A stretch of 63,999 nucleotides of DNA, filler included, from Malassezia furfur (GCA_052055015.1; 10 parts of 10 records of this genome joined end to end with filler, not necessarily neighbours in it), one strand, 5' to 3'; positions 35,719 to 47,418 are shown, counted from the first letter of the whole stretch. Program-made: numbers and translations. Notes: generated from the sequence alone by a model not told the origin.

Positions 35719-37695
35719 ATGGACCCTACCTTTACGCTAGCCATCCGGCGCTCGCGGGCGCTGTGCCCCTACATGAAGAGCCTGCCTGCGGCGAAGCTCG
35801 GTGTGCTGGTGCGCCAGTACACGCGCTCGAGCGGCAGCAGTGCGCCGATTCTGCAGCGGGCGAACCAGTGCCCCTACATGAGCCAGGCGATTGCCACGTC
35901 GGAGCGCTCGGACGCTGCCGGCGAGGCGAACACGACGCTCGGGGCCGCGGGCAGCAGCATGCCTGCGCCGCACCCCCTGAGCCAGTCGTGGCTCGACCGC
36001 CACGCCGGCCGTGTTTGCCCGGTGGCCCACCAGATGCCGTCGGCGCAGCAGAAGCGCACGTACGCCTCGCTGAGCAAGGGCGCATGCGCCTCGATGGTGG
36101 CCACGCCCGGCTCGCAGCCGCGTGCGCCGCTCGGCTCGATGCGCCTGCCGCCGACGCAGACGCGCACGCCCGGCTCGGGCCTGGGCCGCCTGCCGGCTCC
36201 GGCGCCCAAAGACGGCCCCGGGTTCGACTTTGAGCAGTTCTACCACCAGGAGCTTGCGCAGAAGCACGAGCAAAAGACGTACCGCTACTTTAACAACATC
36301 AACCGTCTTGCGCAGCGTGCGCCGATGGGCCATCTGGCCGACAGCGAGGCGCAGGAGATCACGGTGTGGTGTGCGAACGACTACCAAAACATGTCGCGCC
36401 ACCCCCGTGTGCTGGCTGCGATGAAGGAGACGATTGACAAGTACGGTGCGGGTGCGGGTGGCACGCGCAACATTGCGGGCCACAACAAGCACGTCGAGCA
36501 CATCGAGTCGGTGCTTGCGCGCCTGCACCGCAAGGATGCCGCGCTGGTGTTTGGCTCGTGCTATGCGGCGAACGACGCGACGCTCACCGTGCTGGGCAGC
36601 AAGCTGCCCAACTGTGTGATCCTGAGCGACGCGAGCAACCATGCGTCGATGATCCAGGGCATCAAGCACAGTGGCGCCAAGAAGATGATCTACAAGCACA
36701 ACGACATGGAGGATCTGGAGGCCAAGCTGCGCTCCATCCCCGTCGACACGCCCAAGATCATTGCGTTTGAGTCGGTCTACTCGATGTGCGGCACGGTGGG
36801 CCCGATCGAGAAGACGATCGAGCTGGCGAAGAAGTACGGCGCGATCACCTTCCTGGACGAGGTGCACGCCGTGGGCATGTACGGCCCGCACGGTGCGGGT
36901 GTGGCCGAGCACCTGGACTGGATGCTGAACGCCACCATGTCGCCCGGCAAGCTCAAGGGCACGATCATGGACAGCATCGACATCATCACCGGCACGCTCG
37001 GCAAGGCGTACGGCAACGTCGGCGGCTACATTGCCGGCTCGAACCGCATGGTGGACCTGATCCGCTCGTTTGCGCCCCAGTTCATCTTTAGCACCACGCT
37101 GCCGCCTGCGGTGCTGACGGGTGCCGCGACGGCGATTGAGGTGCTGATGGAGTCGAACCACACGCGCCAGCTGCAGCAGATCCGCACGCGCGAGCTGAAG
37201 CACGCGCTGCTGAGCAACAACATCCCGCTGCAGAGCAACCCGTCGCACATTGTGCCGGTGCTTGTGGGCTCGGCGGAGAAGGCCAAGATGGCGTCGGACC
37301 TGCTGCTGAACCAGCATGGATGCTATGTGCAGCCGATCAACTACCCTACGGTTGCGACCGGGCTCGAGCGCCTGCGCATTACGCCCACGCCGCAGCACAC
37401 CTCGCAGCACGTCGCGCAGCTCGTCGACGCGCTCAAGCAGGTGTGGCAGCAGCTTGGCCTGCGCACGGTGAGCGACCTGCTCGCTGCGCCGCAGGACGGC
37501 TCGGACCCGCTTGCGGACCTGTTCCGCCGTGCGCACTTTGAGGAGGACAATGCGCCGCTGTGGACGGATGCGATGCTGACGCTCCCCAGCGAGCTGCTGC
37601 GGGGGAGCAGCAGTGCGGCGCTGCGCTGCCCGTGCAAGGCCTCGCCGCTCGACCATCCGTTTGCGGTGCCGCAGGCGGCGAGCGTGCGTGCCTAG
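35719..37695 (+). CDS. HEM1: 5-aminolevulinate synthase, mitochondrial
   Basis: YRYFNNINR, WCANDY, GAGAGGTRNIAG, DEVHAVGMYG, TLGKAYG; CP heme-regulatory motifs in the presequence. Confidence 0.97.
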   Translation: MDPTFTLAIRRSRALCPYMKSLPAAKLGVLVRQYTRSSGSSAPILQRANQCPYMSQAIATSERSDAAGEANTTLGAAGSSMPAPHPLSQSWLDRHAGRVCPVAHQMPSAQQKRTYASLSKGACASMVATPGSQPRAPLGSMRLPPTQTRTPGSGLGRLPAPAPKDGPGFDFEQFYHQELAQKHEQKTYRYFNNINRLAQRAPMGHLADSEAQEITVWCANDYQNMSRHPRVLAAMKETIDKYGAGAGGTRNIAGHNKHVEHIESVLARLHRKDAALVFGSCYAANDATLTVLGSKLPNCVILSDASNHASMIQGIKHSGAKKMIYKHNDMEDLEAKLRSIPVDTPKIIAFESVYSMCGTVGPIEKTIELAKKYGAITFLDEVHAVGMYGPHGAGVAEHLDWMLNATMSPGKLKGTIMDSIDIITGTLGKAYGNVGGYIAGSNRMVDLIRSFAPQFIFSTTLPPAVLTGAATAIEVLMESNHTRQLQQIRTRELKHALLSNNIPLQSNPSHIVPVLVGSAEKAKMASDLLLNQHGCYVQPINYPTVATGLERLRITPTPQHTSQHVAQLVDALKQVWQQLGLRTVSDLLAAPQDGSDPLADLFRRAHFEEDNAPLWTDAMLTLPSELLRGSSSAALRCPCKASPLDHPFAVPQAASVRA

Positions 37696-38011
37696 GGCGC
37701 CGCTCCGCCCGGGTTTGTGGGATGTGTGATTCTGTTTCCGTAGCGCGCGTAGTCCGCCCGCCCCTTGTTTGGTCCTCTTCTCCGAGGCGTGGAGCGTGTC
37801 CGCGGAGATCGGCGGCGCTGGGTGCCTGTGCACGTGATGCAGGGCGGACGGCGATGCGGCCAGGGCACCGGACGCCAAAAAAGATGTCCGATGCGTCGAG
37901 TGGCTCCACACGATTGGTGCGTTTGCGACGTGCCCGAGCCCTGACGCAGCCGTTCGCGGGCATGCCGGATTTGACGCACGGTGCGTGCCGATTTCTTGGC
38001 TACGCTCCAAC

Positions 38012-39196
38012 ATGCGCTGGCGGTACGTGTACGCAGTGGTGGCGGCGCTCGGCGTGGGCGCCGCGCACGCCACGCCTGCGCTCGTCGCGCGGCATGGCGA
38101 TGAGCACGACGCGCAGGCGCCCGAGGTGCACGCGTCGGCCGCGCCGCACGCGCACGACGCCGCGACGCCGATGGCGAATGTCACCGCGTTTTGCACGGTC
38201 GCGACACACACGAACGCGACCGACCCGAACTGCATCGCGCTCGACGCCGTGGACGCGTTCCTCGACGCGCTCGAGGCCGGCCCTGCGCTGCGGCCCGCGC
38301 CGCGTCGGCTCCACGTGGTGCACCACGGCGGGCATGCGGCGCCGATGGAAGAGTTCAACGAGACGGCGCTCTTTGTGCGCAAGGGCCCCGTGCCGCTCAG
38401 CTACGTCGAGTGGGACTTTGCCGCGGGCGTCGGGCGCCTGCGCGAGCTGCGCCGCTTCGCGAGCTACCAGGCCGACCAGGTCGCGGCCCAGTGGCCGGAC
38501 CGGGTCGTGATGGGCGCGTCGGGCGGCTACTGGCGCTCGCTCGACGACCAGGACTACCCTGCCGGGCGCACGGCGCTGCGTGAGGACGTGCGCGCGCGCA
38601 TCGGCGGCGACCAGGGCCTGCAGGAGCCCGCGCGGCACGCGTCGCTCGCCGTGCTGTGCGCCGCGCAGTACCTGTTTGCCGTGTTTGTGCTGCTGCCGGT
38701 GGTGCTGTGCCTGCACGCGGCCGCGTCGTCGCTTGCGCCGCTCGCGGCGGCCGCGTACCTCGGCGTGCTCACCGCCGCGCTGCTCACCGGCCAGCTGTAC
38801 TTTGCGCTGAGCCCGGCGCTGTACCCCCCGAACGTGCTCGGCAGCATGGCGCGCGCGCACTGGCTGCTCTCCGCGGCGTGCTTCGCGGCCGACGTGCTGG
38901 CGCTCGTGGCGCGCGTCGCGCGCGTCGTGCGCGGCGTGCGCACCTACGCGTTCCGGCGGCAAGGCTGGCGCGACGCATGGCACGTGCTGCTCGGCGACGA
39001 GGAGCGCAGCGTCGTGGATGCGACGCCGCCGCGCTCGCGCTCGACCGCGAGCACGGACCGCACGCTGAGCACCTCGCCACCCGGCGAGCGCCTCGACAAG
39101 GACGAGGCGCCGTTCATGCTGTACGATGCCGAGGACGCCGACGCGGCGCTCCTCTCCTCGCCGCTCGCCGGGTGGCGAGGTGCTCAGCGTGCGGTC
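38012..39196 (+). CDS. Ytp1/DUF2427-like integral membrane protein, 3'-truncated
   Basis: Signal peptide, RHGDEH, HGGHAAPMEEFNET, SYVEWD, then several TM segments with PALYPPN. Confidence 0.6.
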
Positions 39197-39296
39197 NNNN
39201 NNNNNNNNNNNNNNNNNNNNNNNNNNNNNNNNNNNNNNNNTTAATTAATTAANNNNNNNNNNNNNNNNNNNNNNNNNNNNNNNNNNNNNNNNNNNN

Positions 39297-40768
39297 CGTT
39301 CACGACGCTCGGCACCGGCAGCTCGGCGCCGTCCAAGTACCGCAACGTGCTCAGCACGCTGGTGCACATCCCTGGCGTCGGCTACGTGCTGCTCGACGCG
39401 GGCGAGGGCACCTACTTCCAGCTCGCGCGCCGCTTTGGGCCAGGCGAGCACGGGTGGGACGGCGTGGGCATCGAGCACGTGTTGCGCCACCTGCGCATGG
39501 TGTTTGTGAGCCACATCCACGGCGACCACCATATGGGCGTTGCGCGTCTCCTCCTCGAGCGCCGCAAGCTCGGTGTCGAGCGCCCGCTGTACTTCTTCTC
39601 GAACAACTACACGCGCTTCTACCTGCGCGAGTACAGCGCAGTCGAGGCGCTCGGCTTCGACGAGCCCAACGGCGTCATCGCCGTCGACAACGAGCACCTC
39701 GACTTCCGCCACGGCGTCGACCCCGAGGCGCCGCACGCCGCGGCGCCCGCGAGTGGCGCACGCGCCGCGGCGCGCAAGCACCTCGACGCCGCCAAGGCCG
39801 CGCTCCAGCTGCGCGCCATCCGCACCGCGCCGGTGGTGCACCGCACGAGCCACTGCTACGGCCTCGTCCTGGAGCACGTCGACGGCTGGAAGCTCGTCTT
39901 CTCGGGCGACACGATGCCGTGCGCCGCGCTCGTCGAGGCCGGCCAGGGCGCCACGGTGCTCATCCACGAGGCGACGATGCAGGACGACGAGGCGGAGCTC
40001 GCGCATGCCAAGGGGCACAGCACCATCGGCCAGGCGGTGCGCATCGCGCAGGAGATGCGCGCCGAGCACCTCCTGCTCACGCACTTTTCGCAGCGCTACC
40101 CCAAGTTTGCGCGGATCGACACGGGCTCGTCGGCGCTGCCGGTCGGCATCGCGTTCGACATGATGCACATCACGCCGCACCAGATGCGCCAGGGCAAGCG
40201 CCAGCTGCCCGCGCTCCAGGCGCTCTTTGCCGCCGAGGTGCAGGACGACGGCGCATCGGAGTCGGACGCGAGCGTCGCCGGGGCGCCGGAGGCCGACACC
40301 GCGCCGCCGCCCGCCAAGCCGACGAGCAAGGCGGGCAAGGCCGCTGCGGCGCTCAAGACCTCCCCGTCGCCGCCGCCGTCCGTGGTCCCCGAAAAGCACG
40401 CGCCCGACGCGGACGACGACGAGCTGAACCTGCCGCCGCCCAAGGCCGCCAAGGCCGCGCCGAAACCGCGCGCGCGTGCCGCGCCCAAGGCCGCGGCCGC
40501 CGCCAAACCCGCGGCCAAGCCACGTGCACGCGCCAAGGCGCCTGCGAAGCGCGCGTCCAAGGACGAGTCGGAAGACGAGTTTGACGACGGCGACGACGAC
40601 GACGACGATATCCCCGCCCCCACGACGCGTCGCGCCGGCTCGACGCGCGCCGCCGCGAAAGCCGCGCCGCGGTACCGCGTCGAGGACGTGGCGGACGACT
40701 CTGTGCTGGACAACGACTCCTCGGTGCAGATCGACAACGACGACAGCGATGACGACTATTACCGTTAA
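39297..40768 (+). CDS. TRZ1: tRNase Z (ELAC2/Trz1) catalytic C-terminal half with a long charged tail, 5'-truncated
   Basis: TLGTGSSAPSKYRNV, LLDAGEGT, SHIHGDH, FSGDTMPC, IHEAT, KGHST, LTHFSQRYPK. Confidence 0.93.
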
Positions 40769-40803
40769 CTAGCCCATAGTTGCGCTAGGCTACGACACTG
40801 CCT

Positions 40804-41697
40804 CTACTCGTTCTTGAAGCCGGGCTTGCGCTTCTCGGCGAAGGCGGCCATGCCCTCCTTTTGGTCGTGCGTCGAGAAGAGGCCCTGGAACAGGCGGCGC
40901 TCGAGGCGCAGACCCTCCTGGAGGGGCAGGTCGTACGACGCATTCACCGCCTCCTTGGCCGCCTGGATCGCGACCTGGCCCTTCTTGCCGATCTTGCTCG
41001 CGACCGCGACGGCCTCGTCGACGACGCTGCCCTCGCGCACGACGCGCGAGATGAGGCCAGCGGCCTCGGCCTCATCGGCGGTCAGGTTGCGGCCGGTCAG
41101 CACAATCTCCATCGTGCGGCTCTTGCCGATCGCCTTGGTGAGGCGCTGCGTGCCGCCCGCGCCGGGGATCACACCGAGGTTGATCTCGGGCTGGCCAAAC
41201 ACGGCGGTCGGCGACGCGAGGATGATGTCGGTCATCATCGCGAGCTCGGCACCACCGCCGAGCGCGTACCCGCTCACTGCCGCAATGATCGGCTTGCGCA
41301 CGCGCGTCAGCTCCGACCAGTGCCCCAGGAAGTTGGTCTTGTACGCCTCGGCGAACGTCATGTCCTTCATCTGCTTGATGTCGGCGCCGGCCGCAAACGC
41401 CTTTTCGCTGCCGGTGATGACGATCGCGCTGATGCTCGGGTCCTCATCGGCCTTCTTCGCGGCATCGTTCAGCTCGGTGAAGAGCTCCGAGTTGAGCGCG
41501 TTAAGCGCCTTGGGACGGTTCAGCGTCACGAGGCGCACGCCCTCCTTGGGGTCGCTCACCAGGATGTTGTTGTAGCTCTGCTCGGTCGCGGCAGGCGACA
41601 GCCGCGGGAGCGAGGTGCTCAGCGTCGCACGCGCCGTGAGCGGCGCGGCGGAGCGCACGGGCGTCAACGAAGCACGGACAGCACGCACAGCGAACAT
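40804..41697 (-). CDS. ECHS1: Mitochondrial short-chain enoyl-CoA hydratase (crotonase)
   Basis: LNRPKALNAL, KAFAAGADIK, GYALGGGAE, FGQPEI...PGAGGTQRL, DQKEGMAAF. Confidence 0.95.
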   Translation of the reverse strand: MFAVRAVRASLTPVRSAAPLTARATLSTSLPRLSPAATEQSYNNILVSDPKEGVRLVTLNRPKALNALNSELFTELNDAAKKADEDPSISAIVITGSEKAFAAGADIKQMKDMTFAEAYKTNFLGHWSELTRVRKPIIAAVSGYALGGGAELAMMTDIILASPTAVFGQPEINLGVIPGAGGTQRLTKAIGKSRTMEIVLTGRNLTADEAEAAGLISRVVREGSVVDEAVAVASKIGKKGQVAIQAAKEAVNASYDLPLQEGLRLERRLFQGLFSTHDQKEGMAAFAEKRKPGFKNE

Positions 41698-41775
41698 GAT
41701 GGTCGGAAGCGCACGAGCCGGTGCGCCGGGCCGAGTCGGCCGAGGCGAACGGACCATGTGGAGGAGGGTGGCCGA

Positions 41776-43764
41776 CTAGGGCGCCACAGGCGCCGCGGCG
41801 CCGAGGCGCGTCGTGCCGGTGCCTGCGCGTGCGCCAGCGACGCGCCGCTTGGTCTTCTTGACGGCCTCACGGTGCATGCGCTTGTAGAGCTGCGTAAGCT
41901 CGGCGCGGTGCTCCTTCCAGTGCTCCTCGATCTGCTCGTCGGTGTCGACGCACCAGAACGGCTGGGAGCCGCCTTGCTGGAGCACATCGAGCAGGCTGTC
42001 GTGGCCCATCGTCGAGGGCGTCGTAAACGACGGAAAACGTAGGGATGTAGGGGGCGCAGGCGCCGGCTGCGGCGCCGGCGCCGCGGGCTCACTGGCCTCT
42101 GCAAACGGATCCTCGAGCTCAAACTCGTCCAACCCGTCGGCCGCCATAGCACCAAACAGCGTAAAGGTGCCGTCGTGCTGGAACATGTCTTTGAGTGGGA
42201 CAGAGCCGTCGGGCTGAGGCGCAGCGGTACTGTCCGGAATAGCCGCGCGAGGCTCGGCCGCCAGTTCGGACGGAGGCGCCTCGGCGTGGGCCGCAGACGC
42301 GTCGGCCGGCCTGGGCGGGGACGGCGAGCGCGGCCGGTCGTCCATGGGGACGGTGGGAGTCTCTTGGTCGGTATCTGGGGGCCGGTGGGCTTGCGGTGCG
42401 CTCATGGCCTCTTCCTCAGCGTCCGGCTCTGTCCGGACGGATGCGTCCCACTCCTCGTCGTCGGACAAGGCCGGCGCAGAGGAGACCGGCGGGGGGACAT
42501 CGCTCGTGTCGCCGATCAGACTGCCCAGCAGAGCCAGCTGCCGGGAGCGCTCGTCGCTGCCCGAGACGGGCGCTGGCGCACTCTGCATCTCTTCGTACCC
42601 GTCGGAAAAGTCGGACTCGTCGAGCGCCGGTGCCGGTGCGCGCGGCGCCGGTCCGTCGGTCGCCCGTGCGCGTGAGGGTTGCGCATCGTCGGCCACGGGC
42701 GCGCGCAAAGGTTCTGCATCGTCTTCAGGTTCGTCCCACCACGTCGACGAAGTCGGTTGGGCGTGGTCAAAGAGCGATTCAGGCGCCTCGGTATCTTCGA
42801 GAGCGAGCCCCTCGAGCTCGGACGCGGACGCGGGCGAGGACGCCTCTGCGTCCGGCGGTGCATCGGCATCCCACCACGTTGCGTCGCCGCGCGGTGCGTC
42901 GTGTGCGTCGTCGAAGAGTGAGGTAGGTACGTCGTGCGCCGTTTCAGGGAGTGCCTCGATCGGCTCGCGTTGCGTACTGTGCACCGTATCCAGCACGGGC
43001 GGCGGTGTGTGTGCCTTTTGCTCTGGCACCTTTTCGGAGGCCACGAGCTCACCCTGGGCGTTGGTCGCCTGCCAATGCGCCGCACCCTCGTCGTCCTCTA
43101 CCAGACTCCACCGCAGGTGCTCTTCGGGCCCCGTGGCAAGCGCATCGAGTAGGCCGCCCGCGAGGTGCTCGGGCTTGTAGCGTGTCGGGTCGATGGTGAC
43201 GCGGTAGGCGCGCGCCGGCGGCGCCTTGGTGCGTTTCCTGGGCCGGTCGTGGAGGAGCGGCAGCGGCCGCTCTGGGCGCATGTGCATGGGGCGCACCATG
43301 TGTCCCGCGGGCGTCACCTTCCACCCCCATGCGCCCGCATCGACCTGTTCCCGAAGGACGGGGCGCATGTCCTGCAGCTGGACGCCGATCCATGGGCGCT
43401 TGCGGAGCCAACGCTTGTGTCGTTCGGCGGCACGCACCTCGGCGGCGGCCTCGGCGGCGGCCTCCTTCTCGCGGCGCTTTGCAATACGCTGTGTAAACGT
43501 AGGTTTCGCCTCGCCGATGCGCAGCTTGGCGCCCTTCCAGATGGCGCCGCTGAGTGTGTTCATGCATTTGGCGAACTGGGCGGGCGTTGCGCGCATCGTT
43601 GCGAATGCGTACGGCCGGCGTTGGCCGACCGCATCGACGTAGTCATCCGTGCATCCCTCGAGCGCAAGCACCTCACCGTACTGCGCAAGCTTGTCGCGCA
43701 GTGCGTCCGCCGAGAAGGTGGGCGTGAGGCCGCCAATGTGCAGCCGCTTGGTCACGGCGTCCAT
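41776..43764 (-). CDS. Nucleolar RRM protein, NOL8/Nop8-like
   Basis: N-terminal RRM KRLHIGGL...WKGAKLRIGEAKP, acidic middle region, C-terminal W...R.ELT..YKR.HREAVK motif. Confidence 0.7.
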   Translation of the reverse strand: MDAVTKRLHIGGLTPTFSADALRDKLAQYGEVLALEGCTDDYVDAVGQRRPYAFATMRATPAQFAKCMNTLSGAIWKGAKLRIGEAKPTFTQRIAKRREKEAAAEAAAEVRAAERHKRWLRKRPWIGVQLQDMRPVLREQVDAGAWGWKVTPAGHMVRPMHMRPERPLPLLHDRPRKRTKAPPARAYRVTIDPTRYKPEHLAGGLLDALATGPEEHLRWSLVEDDEGAAHWQATNAQGELVASEKVPEQKAHTPPPVLDTVHSTQREPIEALPETAHDVPTSLFDDAHDAPRGDATWWDADAPPDAEASSPASASELEGLALEDTEAPESLFDHAQPTSSTWWDEPEDDAEPLRAPVADDAQPSRARATDGPAPRAPAPALDESDFSDGYEEMQSAPAPVSGSDERSRQLALLGSLIGDTSDVPPPVSSAPALSDDEEWDASVRTEPDAEEEAMSAPQAHRPPDTDQETPTVPMDDRPRSPSPPRPADASAAHAEAPPSELAAEPRAAIPDSTAAPQPDGSVPLKDMFQHDGTFTLFGAMAADGLDEFELEDPFAEASEPAAPAPQPAPAPPTSLRFPSFTTPSTMGHDSLLDVLQQGGSQPFWCVDTDEQIEEHWKEHRAELTQLYKRMHREAVKKTKRRVAGARAGTGTTRLGAAAPVAP

Positions 43765-43799
43765 CGCGGTGGAGGTGGGCGAAGAAAAATGGGCGCGAT

Positions 43800-45642
43800 T
43801 TACGTAAAGCGCGTCGCGAAGATCCTATGGACTTTGCCGCTGATGCGCCAGGCGGCGCCCACGGCGAGCAGCACGGCGAGGTCCGCGAGGAGCAGCGCCA
43901 GGGCGCCCGTCATGAAGCGGGGCACCCAGATTTTGAAGAGCATGAGGTGGCGGCGGAAGAAGCACGCAAACGCCGCGGCGCTCAGGGCCAGCACCGCATG
44001 GGCCAGCAGGAACCCGGTGGTGGCGCGCAGCAGCGAGGCCGCGAGCGTCATGGGCGGTGCCGGCGCCTCGTCCGAGCGCGAGCGGTGCGGCGCGACGTTC
44101 CAGAGCGTGAGGAGCACGACGCCAAACGCCGGGAGCACCACGAGCGGCCCAAACGCATTCAGGACGACCCACAGTGGCGACCAGGGGTAGGTCACCTTCG
44201 TGAAGCCCACGAACGCGACGCGCCACTGGATCGCGGCGAACGTCGCCTGGTGCCCGGTGGCAAAGAAGGCGACCCAGCCGAGCAGCGCGAGCGTCACCGA
44301 CTCGAGCAGCGTCGGAAGCACGGGCTGCGGCGCGACGTTGCCCCCCGCCGCCTCGCGCACGAGCGCCGTGCGGATGAGCTGCGTGTCGCGCTCGTTGTCC
44401 CCGAGCTCGGCAAGCACGACGATCGCGAGGAAGCACAGTGCGAGGGCCACCTGCCCGGTCGGCTGCGCCAAGAGGAAGAGCAGCGCAAACACGAGCGCCA
44501 CGAGGAGCACCATCGCGCTGCCAAAGCTGTTGCCGAAGCCGAGGATCGACACGCGCTCGAGCTGGTGGCGCGCCGAGATGGGCAGCGGCGCCCAGAGCCA
44601 GAACGCGGTGCCGAGCACGCCGACGAGCACGATGTCGGTGAGGCCTGCGCACTGTTTCAGGGCCAGCAGCCAGGCGCGCGTCGTGTCGTCGATCGAGTCG
44701 AGGCCGTGCGCCCAGTCGGCGAGCCAGTAGGCCGCGCCGATCATCATCGACGGGCGCAGCACCCACGTCAGGAAGGTGGTCGCCGTGCCGTGCTGCGACT
44801 GGCTCGTGGACAGCATGCGGTAGAGCAGGTTGGGCACCACGAGCGCCACGACGTACGCCACGCCGCTCATCCACGGGCTGTTGGTCGCCGGGCCGGCATA
44901 GGCGTACGCGGGGTTGTCGGCGAAGCGGCCGTCGGCACGCGCCGTGCGCGCGTAGAACGACGGGGCACAGTACGGCGCCTGCTCCTCGCGGCACACGCGG
45001 CTCGTCGCGGCGATGCGCACCAGGACGAGCGCGCCGAGCGCGAGCAGCGGCATTTGCTGCTGCAGCCGCGTCGTCGGCGCGCTGTAGCCCACCACGGCGC
45101 GCGCGAGCAGCACCGCCCCCAGCAGGGCGAGCGTGATGCGGTCCTCCCACATCGTAAAGCTGTTGCTCGCGAACGACGCAGCGTGCACGCCGAGGAGCAC
45201 GACGGCCGCGGCACTCGCGATCGGCGCGGTGCTCGCGCGGCGCGGCGCGCGGCGCGCCACGGCGCCAATCGCCAGGCCCAGCTCCATGCCGAGTGCGGGG
45301 AAGAACAGCGCGGCGTCCCACGCCGACAGCGGGAGGGGCACGGCACGGGACGCCGCGACGCAGAAGATCGCGAGCGCCGTGCCGACCGCGGTGCCCACGG
45401 CCACGTACGGACGCAGGGCGCGGCCCAGCTCGACGACGCTCAGCTCGTCCACGCCGTAGGCCGCGGCGCGCCACAGCAGGTAGGTCACGAGCACCGCGCC
45501 GCCGAGCACGCCCAGGCCCGCGGCGATCTTGGCGTCGGCGAACTGCGCCCACACCGAGCGCGCGTGGTGGACGGCGCGGCGCGTGTACGCTGCGTACGCC
45601 TGTGCGGCGAGGCGCGCCGTCCACCACGCGCGCTCGGTGTGG
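43800..45642 (-). CDS. GPI13: GPI ethanolamine-phosphate transferase 3 (Gpi13/PIG-O), membrane domain, 5'-truncated
   Basis: FASNSFTMWED, VCREEQ, FFATGHQATF..IQW, RRHLMLFKIWVPRF. Confidence 0.9.
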
Positions 45643-45742
45643 NNNNNNNNNNNNNNNNNNNNNNNNNNNNNNNNNNNNNNNNNNNNTTAATTAATTAANN
45701 NNNNNNNNNNNNNNNNNNNNNNNNNNNNNNNNNNNNNNNNNN

Positions 45743-45893
45743 AGATTGTCCGCCCATCTACACTCGACATCTCGCACGGTATTGGCGAGCTGATTGCCTA
45801 CGAAAAGACGTACGAGGAAGATCTCGAAACGACCGAGCCAAGGAACTGGGTCCAGCGCACCTTGAGTGTCTTGTTCAGCCCCTTTTTTTTAAT
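45743..45893 (+). CDS. Probable C-terminal tail of a YAT-family amino-acid permease
   Basis: Hand translation IVRPSTLDISHGIGELIAYEKTYEEDLETTEPRNWVQRTLSVLF resembles fungal permease tails; a stop would follow if the T8 run near 45883 were T7. Confidence 0.5.
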
Positions 45894-46033
45894 TTTTCCC
45901 CTCCTTCTGTATTTGTATATCAGTGCACCCCAGGTGATAAGATTGTCATGCAATGAAAACGATAAGCCAATCACAGTTTGCAACATAGGGGTCATGTCGG
46001 ATGTCAAGCGACTCCCGCTCCTTCCAGTTCATC

Positions 46034-47418
46034 ATGTACGTCGCTAAGACCGCCCTGCTGGTAACCGGCATGCTCACCATGGCCGCCTCGGCCTCGGAGC
46101 CGGTCAACAAATGGGATGTGCCCGACTTTTACTTCTCGGGCATCTCTACATTTGCGCACCTCCCGCACGAAAAGTGGTACGTAGCGCGGTCCCGTGCTCA
46201 TACGCATGCAGTCTGGTGAACGAGGACGTACAGTACGATGTTGCCGTGCTCGGCGTGCCGATTGACACGGCTGTCTCGTACCGCCCTGGTGCGCGCTTTG
46301 GTCCTCGCGCAATCCGCCAGGGTAGTGCACGACAGACCGTGTTTCGCTCGTTCAACCCGGTGCTTGGCATCAATCCATACGTGTCGCAGACCAAGTTCAT
46401 GGACTGCGGTGATGTGCCAGTGACCCCATTTGATAACGCACTGGCATTTCGCCAGATTGAGGAGGCCTATGATGACATTATCGGGCGCCCACTGCCAACC
46501 GGTCCGGGCTCCGTTGAGGCGCTCCCTCCCAAGACGTCCAAGGGCAAGCCAACGTACGTGGCCAAGGACGGTAAATCGCATCCGCGCGTCGCGCTGATGG
46601 GCGGAGACCATTCGGTTGCCCTCCCGGTGCTCCGTTCGCTCAACAAGGTGTACGGCCCCGTGAGTGTCATCCACTTTGACTCACATCTCGACACATGGGC
46701 ACCGGCCGCGTACGGCGCTGCGTCTTGGGGCTCGGATATCTCTGGCTATACGCATGGAACTATGTTTTATCATGCCGCAAATGAGGGATTGATTCGCAAC
46801 TCTTCAATCCACGTCGGCCTGCGTGGGCTACTCAGCGGTACCGATTATGTCGACTACCACCGCGACAACAGCCTCGGCTTTACCTACCTGGAGACGTGGG
46901 AGATGGACAAGCTCGGCACGGATGGCGTTGTGGAGGCAATCAAGGAGCGTGTTGGTGACACACCCGTGTACCTGAGTATTGACATTGATGTGCTCGACCC
47001 TTCCATCGCGCCTGGCACTGGTACGCCGGTCAGCGGCGGACTGACGTCGCGCGAGCTGCGGTCGATGGTGCGCATGCTCAAGGGCCTCAACCTCGTCGGC
47101 TGTGAGGTCGTCGAGGTGAGTCCACCCTATGACTCGAACGGCGAGGTCACAGCACTTGCGGCTGCTGAACTGCTGTACGAGATGATGTCGATCATGGCTC
47201 TGCGTCCTCTAGACAAGAAGGCGATCGACCCGTACGAACGGCCGCCGCGTTGGGAACCGACGAGCAAGGACACCAGGAAGTGTGCGTGTGAGCATGGTGC
47301 GGCACCAACAGCTTCGTCATCGAGGACCAATTATTTCCATTTGTCTCTACTTCTGATCGTGCCAGCTGCTCTGTTTACACTGAAGCTCGGTGTTTCCCCT
47401 TCGGTGGCCGAAAAGTAG
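46034..47418 (+). CDS. Agmatinase/ureohydrolase-family enzyme with signal peptide and hydrophobic C-terminus, 2 exons
   Basis: SGISTFAHLP, RPGARFGP, GGDHS, HFDSHLDT, SIDIDVLDP, EVVEVSPPYD; 35-nt intron 46177-46211. Confidence 0.92.

Noticed and set aside
45862..46047. 61-aa hydrophobic small ORF
   Set aside because: In-frame continuation of the permease-like tail through a T-homopolymer into AT-rich intergenic DNA; probably a one-base error or a lost stop.
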